NCBI GenBank assembly: GCA_963662285.2
Contig: CAXXMV010000001.1
Coordinates: forward strand, 800,001 to 864,000
Direction of reading: 5' to 3'
DNA length: 64,000 bases
Origin: a bacterium
GTDB taxonomy: Bacteria > Hinthialibacterota > Hinthialibacteria > Hinthialibacterales > Hinthialibacteraceae
Shown here piece by piece: positions 1 through 7,397 of this stretch. The notes beneath the pieces were generated by a model, which saw only the letters and a list, made by a program, of their open reading frames with translations, had not been told where the DNA came from and made no database searches. Numbering within the stretch: position 1 is the stretch's first letter; every line of letters begins with the position of its first letter. A program made the translations under genes and the position numbers.

Positions 1-2
1 AA

Positions 3-146
3 GACGGCGATTGGCGGGCGCTCAATTTCCAACGCCCTCCATTCACCTGGCCCGATCCGGTCGCTTTGCTCTATGAAGACTGCCGGGAAGTCGACGGAGC
101 TTATCAAGATAAATGCCTGGGCGTTTGGAAACTGAGCGATTGTTGA
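3..146 (+). CDS. 3' end of a probable class I SAM-dependent methyltransferase (partial, enters from the window edge)
   Basis: Open frame DGDWRALNFQRPPFTWPDPVALLYEDC...YQDKCLGVWKLSDC* resembles the 'GDWRPLNL..PPF..P.P...E...DK.LGLW' C-terminus of a methyltransferase family. The SAM-binding part is outside the window. Confidence 0.55.
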   Translation, partial: DGDWRALNFQRPPFTWPDPVALLYEDCREVDGAYQDKCLGVWKLSDC

Positions 147-270
147 ATGGACTAAAAAGTTTGCTTGACATAAGAGAGGATATGTGAGAAATTAAACAGT
201 CTCAACACTGATAGAAGGTTAATATCCAAATAGATGTATGTTCATTTGCATCTTAAGGAGTGCAACTCTC

Positions 271-933
271 ATGAAACCAACTGGAAGCAAACTATCGGGA
301 TTCACATTGATCGAGTTGCTGATTGTCGTCGCCATAATCGGGATTCTGGCGGCGATCGCCGTGCCCAATTTTATGAATGCGCAAATTCGCGCTAAGATTG
401 CGCGTTCACAAGCGGATATGAAATCAATGGGAACGGCCATTGCCGCGTTTCGCGTTGATCAGAATACCATGTTGGTCGATTTTTGGGATGAAGGTACTCC
501 GCAAGCGTTAGAACGCTTAAAGAAATGGGGGCTTTGTTCGGTCGATAACCTGGATGATGCTGTGCGCAACCAGCCGTGTATATTAGCCAATTTAACCAGC
601 CCGGTTTCGTATTTATCATCGATTCCGAAAGATCCATTTTTCGGCAAGGTAACCAGCACCAGCAACCGATTAGTGGAAGCCCTGGCGGGAACCTATTTTT
701 ATGGCGACAACGATCCCGTCGTACCGGGCGAGGATCATGGCTTCGCCGCATTGAAAGTCGGTTTGGCGCAGCAATTCGATTTACAGCCGCTACTCGAAGG
801 ACAATGGGCGTTATTGGGCGTTGGCCCGGATTCAACCGCTGAAGAGATCGGGGCGGGGGATAATCCACGCGGCATCCCCTATGAATCATCCAACGGGCTG
901 CGCAGCACGGGCGACATCACCATGCGCGGGTGA
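271..933 (+). CDS. Prepilin-type N-terminal cleavage/methylation protein (GspG-like pseudopilin)
   Basis: G|FTLIELLIVVAIIGILAAIAVP class III signal with Glu5; GspG-like KDPF and GVGPD motifs; AAGGAG RBS at 255-260 before ATG 271. Confidence 0.9.
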   Translation: MKPTGSKLSGFTLIELLIVVAIIGILAAIAVPNFMNAQIRAKIARSQADMKSMGTAIAAFRVDQNTMLVDFWDEGTPQALERLKKWGLCSVDNLDDAVRNQPCILANLTSPVSYLSSIPKDPFFGKVTSTSNRLVEALAGTYFYGDNDPVVPGEDHGFAALKVGLAQQFDLQPLLEGQWALLGVGPDSTAEEIGAGDNPRGIPYESSNGLRSTGDITMRG

Positions 934-950
934 TATACATTCTTTCAGTT

Positions 951-1105
951 GTAAGAGGTCAGCCATTTGAAGTGTGTTATCCCTCCCCCAAGCTTGGGGG
1001 AGGTTAGGTGGGGGTTGATTCGTCGAAACGCAACCCCCCTCTAACTCCCCCCAAACTTGGGGGGAGGATTTGAGCATAAACGCTTTGTATAAAGCATAGT
1101 TATTA
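951..1105. repeat. 155-bp REPIN/MITE-like element, copy 1
   Basis: Same length as 49672-49826, with 11 mismatches by hand alignment. Contains two inverted GC-rich palindromic units. Confidence 0.93.
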
Positions 1106-1151
1106 CAGCATTACTTCATGTGGTTGAACTGATACTTTCCGTTAATACATC

Positions 1152-1919
1152 TTACTTGATTGTATCCGGCTTATCTTTCACGCAACGGAATCCAACCGCA
1201 AAATCCACCCAGGTAGATGGCAGGCCTTTACGGTAAAAGACTTTCTTACACATGTTTCCCGAATGCCAGCTGCCGCTGCGTATGACCCGGTTATTATGGT
1301 CTGTCGGACCTTTTGGATTATCAACCGGGCTGGTTTTGTAGTAGTCTTCGGCGTACTGATCCGCCACCCATTCCCAGACATTGCCGCCCATGTCATACAG
1401 GCCGTATCCATTCGGCTGATATTTACCCACAGCTTCAATTCGATTGATCCATAGCCCGTTATCTTTTGCAGCGGATTTTTTGTCCCAGGTATTGCCATTA
1501 GGGAAATCATTATTCACTAATCCCCCACGAGCGGCGCGCTCCCATTCGGCCTCAGTGGGCAAGCGCTTCCCCGCCCATTCAGCGTACTTTTGCGCATCGC
1601 GCCAGCTGATCCCCACTACCGGGTGATTGGGATATTTCTCACCACTTCGGAAAACATCCACATTCCAAAACTCCGGCAATTTATACTTGGTTTCCCTACA
1701 GAACTTATGATATTCAGCATTGGTCACTTCATGCTTATCCATATAAAACGAACCAACAATCACTTTGTGAGACGGGCTGAAATCACGCCCTTTATCAGAA
1801 TCCTTACCCATCATATATTCCCCGCCGGGAACCAGCGCCATGCTGGATTCCATTTCTTGCGCGGGAAGCGTTTGAGTGAATAACATAATCATCCCGACAA
1901 TGAGTAGTCTTCTTATCAT
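1152..1919 (-). CDS. Exported FGE-sulfatase (SUMF1) domain protein
   Basis: Sec signal; motifs FYMDKHEVTN, PVVGISW, RLPTEAEWERAARGG, NGYGLYDMGGNVWEW and GFRC. Confidence 0.92.
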   Translation of the reverse strand: MIRRLLIVGMIMLFTQTLPAQEMESSMALVPGGEYMMGKDSDKGRDFSPSHKVIVGSFYMDKHEVTNAEYHKFCRETKYKLPEFWNVDVFRSGEKYPNHPVVGISWRDAQKYAEWAGKRLPTEAEWERAARGGLVNNDFPNGNTWDKKSAAKDNGLWINRIEAVGKYQPNGYGLYDMGGNVWEWVADQYAEDYYKTSPVDNPKGPTDHNNRVIRSGSWHSGNMCKKVFYRKGLPSTWVDFAVGFRCVKDKPDTIK

Positions 1920-1937
1920 TACTCTGATCCTTTTCTT

Positions 1938-3491
1938 CTATTTGTCATTCAACCAAGCCTCATATTGCGATGCAAGTTCTTCCAGTTTATCCGGCTTGGC
2001 CTTAGCAAGGTTATTGAGTTCCGTAGGATCATTCTTGAGGTTGTATAATTCCCAGGGACCTTTATTTACCCTGACTATTTTCCAATCGCCGAAGCGCACC
2101 ATGCGGAACCTGTCCAGATATCCTGAGACGATAATCTCCGGTTGCTTGCGGGCTTCTCCTTTAAATAGCGGGGTGAGCGTCGAGCCATCCAGTTGGGGCA
2201 TCGGCTTTCCTTCGGCTTGGGCTGGATACATGGCGCCGGACAGTTCAAGCAGGGTGGGATAGATATCAACCAAGTGAGCTGGCGCATCGCATAATCCCGG
2301 CTTGATAACCTTGGGCCAGTTGGCGATGAAATGGGTATGCGACCCGCCTTCATGGCCATATTGTTTATAAAAGCGGAAAGGCGTGTCGCCCACATTAGCC
2401 CATGCCGCACATAGGGTGCGGTAGGAATCCGCACCGCCGGGGGGGATGGAGAAATCCTTATTGCTGTCATAGGGGCATGATCCATTGTCCGACAGGAACA
2501 TAATCAGGGTGTTGTCGCGTACTCCCATCTCATCAAGTTTCTGCAACACCCGTCCGATGTTCTGATCCAGACGGTCGACCATAGCGGCGAAGACCGCCAT
2601 TTCCAAATCAAGTTCATCCTGCTCGCTGGAGGAGAGTGAATCCCAGGGGCGGTATTTATATATATCATTACGATACGGCCCTCGGTGCTTGTTGATATTA
2701 TCTTCAGGAGGGCTGAGTTTACAATCCTGCGGGATCACGCCCAGTTCTTTCTGGCGCTCGAAACGTTCCTGACGGATTTTATCCCAGCCCTTTTTATACT
2801 TGCCGCGGTATTTGGCGATATCCTCTTTACGCGCTTGCAGGGGATAATGAGCTGGATGGTAGGGCAGATATAGGAAGAATGGATCATCGTTCTTCCCGGC
2901 TTTATCGAGAAAATCCAGGGCGTATGTGGTGACCACATCGGTTTTATAGAATGGCGGATCATGCACCGGCATCTCATCAATCTTCAGTTCTTTGCCGTTA
3001 AGTTTGAAAGGGCTTCTGAACTTGCCGTCAGGGGGGATGAAATAGGTATTGCCCACCGCATAGTTGAATACATCATCAAAGCATGATTCCGAGTAGCAGC
3101 GCCGGGGAACCCATTCATCAAAATGCTCCTTGCCGCACATGGCGGTGTAATACCCGGCGTCGCGCATCGGTTGGGTGAAGGGCTGGGCGTTCTGGGCATC
3201 CCTACGGGGCAGATACAATCCTGTAAACAAAGATGAGCGCGTCGGATTGCACTTGGCCATATTATAGAAATTGGTGAAACGAACGCCCTGGTTTCCCAGT
3301 TTATCCAAGTTGGGCGTATTGATCTCCGAGCCATAACACCCGATATCAGAGAATCCGACATCATCAGCCATAATCAAAACAACATTAGGCCGTTGATCTT
3401 TTGACGCTGCAGCCGAATAGCCCATCATCCCGGAAGAGAGCGCCGCCCCCGCCGCCGTCTTCAAAAATCCCCGCCTGGTTAGATTGCTCAT
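1938..3491 (-). CDS. Tat-exported Cys-type arylsulfatase
   Basis: TRRGFLK twin-arginine signal; PNVVLIMADD; CNPTR (CxPxR) followed by LFTG; FLSDNG; ELYNLKNDPTE. Confidence 0.95.
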   Translation of the reverse strand: MSNLTRRGFLKTAAGAALSSGMMGYSAAASKDQRPNVVLIMADDVGFSDIGCYGSEINTPNLDKLGNQGVRFTNFYNMAKCNPTRSSLFTGLYLPRRDAQNAQPFTQPMRDAGYYTAMCGKEHFDEWVPRRCYSESCFDDVFNYAVGNTYFIPPDGKFRSPFKLNGKELKIDEMPVHDPPFYKTDVVTTYALDFLDKAGKNDDPFFLYLPYHPAHYPLQARKEDIAKYRGKYKKGWDKIRQERFERQKELGVIPQDCKLSPPEDNINKHRGPYRNDIYKYRPWDSLSSSEQDELDLEMAVFAAMVDRLDQNIGRVLQKLDEMGVRDNTLIMFLSDNGSCPYDSNKDFSIPPGGADSYRTLCAAWANVGDTPFRFYKQYGHEGGSHTHFIANWPKVIKPGLCDAPAHLVDIYPTLLELSGAMYPAQAEGKPMPQLDGSTLTPLFKGEARKQPEIIVSGYLDRFRMVRFGDWKIVRVNKGPWELYNLKNDPTELNNLAKAKPDKLEELASQYEAWLNDK

Positions 3492-3668
3492 GGCATTCTC
3501 CTTCTTGCTGGATGATCAGATTTGGTTATGTAATTATACGAAATATCTGAACCATCTTATATGGCAATGTTCACCATTGAAGTGAACAAAAAATAAAAAT
3601 ACCGTATTAAAGTTAACGATAATATGGTAACATTATTCTAATATTACTCATGAAAGGTAAAGAGAATC

Positions 3669-6188
3669 ATGTTAAAGCGTTTTGGTAGTTATTTGTTTAT
3701 TGCACTTTTCGTTTTCACTAGTTCGGCTTTTGCTCAATCTGTTGGTATATTTGATACTCAGACTGATATCGGCGAACCGGATAATTTTGGTTATGCATCT
3801 TTCGATGATGACATCTATCAGGTTGAAGGCGTTGGCGCCACAGTCGGCAATGAAACATTATCTGACCAGTTCTTTTTCATCAGCAAGGAGATGAAAGGGA
3901 GTTTCGCCATTGAAGCGTATCCCGAACCGATTGATGCAGGTGAAGGCGGCTTGATGGTTCGTCAAAGCCTGGATGCTGATGCTCCTCATGTATCTATTTT
4001 AATGAATACCTCATTCGCTTCTTTTCCTCATATCCGAACTATCAAAGGCGGGGGTACTATTTTCGATGGAGACCCTGAGCCAGCCGAACAAGTTAAACTG
4101 CGGTTGGAACGATTGGGTAACAGCGTGCATATTTACACCATTGACGCTGCGGGCGCTGCAACGCTCCTGCAATCAGAGGTCGGATTGTTCGACGAAACAG
4201 TATTGGTCGGAATCGCCGCCACCGGAGGCTCTGCCGCTGGCATCAGCCTGTTCGATTTTTCTGAAGTTACACTTGAAGAATTTCCACTGAATGTGATCCG
4301 TGATGTTCCTACCGACGAATTACAACCGGGCGCGTCTTTAACTGGAATCACCGTAACCGCCAAAGTTATGGATGGCGAATCGGTTGATGCGACTGTGCGT
4401 GAAGTGATTCCTCCGGGATCATCCATATCCAACATCACAGTTTCCACTGGAGAGATGGTTGATAATGGCGATGGCACGGTCGATTGGACGTTGACCGGGC
4501 TTTCCGGGGAAGCGGTTATGACCTACGACCTGACATTGGGCAGCGACGATACCTCCGCCGTATGGCGTGGAACCTTCAATGACGGCGTTCGTCCTGAAAG
4601 TTATATCGGCGCTGATATCATGTTACCTAAAACACCCACCTTCACACCCAAAGGACCTTTTGACGTCGATACCCATTTCCTCACTATCATCCAATCGGAA
4701 TGGGCGACTCCTACGGAAATGGCGTTAAATGAAGATTTCGGTCTATTCTTCGATCCTACCGCTGACAATGGAATTGCGGTAATCGCCATTGATGAACCCA
4801 ATACGGAAGCACTGCTTCAATATACGCTGAATATTCCTGAAGATGGAACATACTATCTATTCGCAAACGCGCGTGAAGAAGATGGTAACAGCGACTCCCT
4901 TCATGTCGATATGGATAATATTCCTGCGGCAGATGATACTAGTCGATGGAATATATCTGCGGACAAAACTTATGAAGTTCAGTGGGTTAGCCAGGAAAGC
5001 CCCTTGAACGATCCTCGTCCATTTGTACTGACCGCTGGCGAACACGTTTTCAACATTATGTCCCGTGAAGACAGCGTCAGCGTGGATTGGATCGGCGTGA
5101 CCAGCAATGCCAGTTTAGATCTGGCTAATCTGGACATGAACGCCCGCGCCATTGTTTCGCGTATTATCTCGGATGATTTCCTGGAAGAAGGAGAGAACAG
5201 CGTCTCGGTTGAATTATCGCTCTTCTTAAAATCAGGCGTCACCGATTCGGCTATTGTCACTGAGATGCCTCCAGCCAACTACGGTATAGAAAATGTCAGC
5301 GCTACTGAAGGAACAGTAACTCAGAATGCAGATGGTTCGATCACCTGGGACATGACTGGCGTCACTGGCAAAGATGGCGCTATGACTTACACAGTCGTTA
5401 TTCCTACAGATAGAAATAATTATTCAACAGGCGGCTTCTTCCAGGGAGAGTTTGTGCTTGGTTCAGACGCGCCAGTTGAGTTTGGCGATACCATCGCCGT
5501 ATTAGGAACGCCTGTCGATCCTATCGGAAAGACGGTTTATTTCTTTGGCAACATAGATGCTGAAGAATTAGGAGACCTCATCTTTATTTCCGAAATGAGA
5601 ACCATGTTCGGACTGGACGTAATACTCTATGACGATGGCAACAATGCAGGATTGGATGATATGCCTGCTGATCTATCTGGATCAGACATGTCATTTATAA
5701 GCGGCTCGGTAGGTTCGACCAACATGGTTGATATGAACTATCACATCAACGATGAGACGCCAATCGTCTTTAACGAAAGTTACATCGCCGACGATTACGT
5801 ATTCCAACCCGGAACCAACGGTGGATCATCTGGAACCGAAATTGAGATCGTTGATAACGGCCATCCCATCATGGAAGGATTCGAACTGGGGCTGTTGCAA
5901 GTCTATAATGAATCTCACGGTATGGGTGGAGTGAACAATCCTCCCGAAGGCCTGCGGGTATTGGCCATTGAACCGGGCAACCCCGACCTGGCGGTGCTAT
6001 ATATCTTCGAAAAAGGCGCATCAGCCAACGGCTCATCAACACCGGGCGACCGTATCTCCATTTTCTATGGAGGCGACAGTTTAATCGATATGACCGCAGC
6101 CGGTCGTAAGTTACACAACCAGATTTTCGCCTACTCACTTGGCATCGAAGCGCCCGACGTAGGCGTGCATGATTTCATGCTGTATTAA
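3669..6188 (+). CDS. Large acidic secreted multi-domain protein (ConA/DUF1349-like, two DUF11-like repeats, CBM-like domain)
   Basis: Sec signal ending AFA|Q; GLMVRQSLD lectin-like motif; duplicated module 'V.E.(I/M)PP....N....G....N.DG(T/S)(V/I).W..TG....MTY'; C-terminus VHDFMLY. Confidence 0.7.
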   Translation: MLKRFGSYLFIALFVFTSSAFAQSVGIFDTQTDIGEPDNFGYASFDDDIYQVEGVGATVGNETLSDQFFFISKEMKGSFAIEAYPEPIDAGEGGLMVRQSLDADAPHVSILMNTSFASFPHIRTIKGGGTIFDGDPEPAEQVKLRLERLGNSVHIYTIDAAGAATLLQSEVGLFDETVLVGIAATGGSAAGISLFDFSEVTLEEFPLNVIRDVPTDELQPGASLTGITVTAKVMDGESVDATVREVIPPGSSISNITVSTGEMVDNGDGTVDWTLTGLSGEAVMTYDLTLGSDDTSAVWRGTFNDGVRPESYIGADIMLPKTPTFTPKGPFDVDTHFLTIIQSEWATPTEMALNEDFGLFFDPTADNGIAVIAIDEPNTEALLQYTLNIPEDGTYYLFANAREEDGNSDSLHVDMDNIPAADDTSRWNISADKTYEVQWVSQESPLNDPRPFVLTAGEHVFNIMSREDSVSVDWIGVTSNASLDLANLDMNARAIVSRIISDDFLEEGENSVSVELSLFLKSGVTDSAIVTEMPPANYGIENVSATEGTVTQNADGSITWDMTGVTGKDGAMTYTVVIPTDRNNYSTGGFFQGEFVLGSDAPVEFGDTIAVLGTPVDPIGKTVYFFGNIDAEELGDLIFISEMRTMFGLDVILYDDGNNAGLDDMPADLSGSDMSFISGSVGSTNMVDMNYHINDETPIVFNESYIADDYVFQPGTNGGSSGTEIEIVDNGHPIMEGFELGLLQVYNESHGMGGVNNPPEGLRVLAIEPGNPDLAVLYIFEKGASANGSSTPGDRISIFYGGDSLIDMTAAGRKLHNQIFAYSLGIEAPDVGVHDFMLY

Positions 6189-6217
6189 AATTACAAAGTT
6201 TCTTGGAATTAATGGAT

Positions 6218-6260
6218 AAAGGAGTTGCGGCAAAGAAAATTGTCGCAACTCCTTTTTATT
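6218..6260 (+). terminator. Rho-independent terminator
   Basis: AAGGAGTTGCGGCAA-loop-TTGTCGCAACTCCTT followed by a T-tract, 30 nt after the stop at 6188. Confidence 0.9.
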
Positions 6261-6414
6261 AGTTTAGAACTTTCTATCAAGCACCTGAACAGATATATAA
6301 CCTAAAAACAGGCTTGACAATAAATCTTAAACATGTTTCCTTTAAACCTAACCAAGACCAATTTTGCATTATTGGCATTATTGACTGAGATAGATTCATG
6401 AAAGGTAAAATACT

Positions 6415-6915
6415 ATGAGTACCAACGATAATTTACAGGACGCCTTTGCTGGTGAAAGCCAGGCCAACCGCCGTTATCTCGCATTTGCGCAAAAAGCTGA
6501 TAGCGATGGTTTCGCGCAGGTCGCCAAGTTGTTCCGCGCCGCCGCCGATGCTGAAACCATTCATGCCCACGCCCACTTAAGAGCCTTGGGCGGCATAAAA
6601 AGCACAGAAGAAAACTTAACAGAAGCAGTAGAAGGTGAACGGCACGAATATCAGGAAATGTACCCGGGATTCCTTAAGACCGCTCTAGAAGAATCCAACA
6701 AACGAGCCGAAGGCAGTTTTAAGAATGCTTTGGCAGCGGAAGAAATCCACCATAACCTATACAAACAAGCCCTGGAAGCAGTTAAAGCAGGTAAAGACCT
6801 TGATTCCATGTCAATTTATCTTTGCCCTGTTTGCGGTAACCTGGAATTGGGAGAAGCCCCCGAAAAATGCCCCATTTGTAATGTACCTGGATCGAAATTT
6901 GTTGAAGTAAACTAA
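6415..6915 (+). CDS. rbr: Rubrerythrin
   Basis: AFAGESQANRRY; two ExxH motifs (ETIHA, EEIHH); C-terminal rubredoxin-type CPVC...CPIC. Confidence 0.96.
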   Translation: MSTNDNLQDAFAGESQANRRYLAFAQKADSDGFAQVAKLFRAAADAETIHAHAHLRALGGIKSTEENLTEAVEGERHEYQEMYPGFLKTALEESNKRAEGSFKNALAAEEIHHNLYKQALEAVKAGKDLDSMSIYLCPVCGNLELGEAPEKCPICNVPGSKFVEVN

Positions 6916-6929
6916 ACGGTTTTTGATTA

Positions 6930-7043
6930 CAGAGCGATTCTCAAAATAACGTGCGTCAATGTGGTTGTTAAAAGTTCCCAAAAGAAGGAACTTTTAACAA
7001 CTCTAACGTTTTTAATACGCATATATTTTTTTTAACGGCTATT
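6930..7043. mobile_element. ~113-bp MITE-like element, copy 1
   Basis: Homologous to 28136-28248 (shared AAAATAACGTGCGT, AAAAGTTC...ACTTTT, AACGTTTT.AATAC.CATA). Perfect 15-bp stem GTTGTTAAAAGTTCC/GGAACTTTTAACAAC between convergent genes. Confidence 0.8.
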
Positions 7044-7067
7044 ACGCAATTTTCATTTTTGTAACCA

Positions 7068-7286
7068 TTATCCCACTTGATAGAAAACAGGGCGATACTT
7101 AGGCGGCGGTATTGATCGACCATTTTCTTTCGCCGCATCTAGCCATGCCTCTTTGGCGAGAAGAGCCTCCGCCAAAGCCTCCATTGGAGTCCCGCCAAAA
7201 GCAGAGCAATGACTCAGATCGGGGATATCAGCGATGCAGCCTTCATCTTCATCACTATAAAAAATATTAATGTGGTAATCTTTCAC
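7068..7286 (-). CDS. hicB: HicB-family antitoxin (short form)
   Basis: YHINIFYSDEDEG.IADIPDL..CSAFG.TP.EAL.E...AKEAWL..A...GRSIPPP matches the HicB N-terminal fold. Confidence 0.9.
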   Translation of the reverse strand: MKDYHINIFYSDEDEGCIADIPDLSHCSAFGGTPMEALAEALLAKEAWLDAAKENGRSIPPPKYRPVFYQVG

Positions 7287-7342
7287 AATTCATCCTCAAG
7301 TTTCATGTTTTCTTTCTCTATTATCTTTAAGAATTCGCATAC
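7283..7342 (-). pseudogene. hicA: Remnant 3' end of a hicA toxin gene
   Basis: VCEFLKIIEKENMKLEDEL* resembles HicA C-termini (QVRQFLKLVE.YNL.LE..). Its TGA overlaps the hicB GTG start (GTGA). An in-frame TAA lies two codons upstream. Confidence 0.65.
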
Positions 7343-7397
7343 CCTTTATCGACCGCAATGCCTTTTATTATAGAGGTAATATTTGCTTACCAACATG

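Noticed and set aside
165-193. TTGACA upstream of the prepilin gene (another lies at 6314 before rbr)
   Set aside because: A perfect -35 but no convincing -10 at 16-18 bp spacing, so not listed as a promoter.
886-1077. 63-aa ORF (SPQVWGELEGG...PPPNLPQAWGR)
   Set aside because: It is a translation of the palindromic repeat element, not a gene.
6258-6280. TAGAA-CT-TTCTA inverted repeat as a PerR/Fur box upstream of rubrerythrin
   Set aside because: Spacing does not fit the 7-1-7 consensus and the repeat is short in AT-rich DNA.
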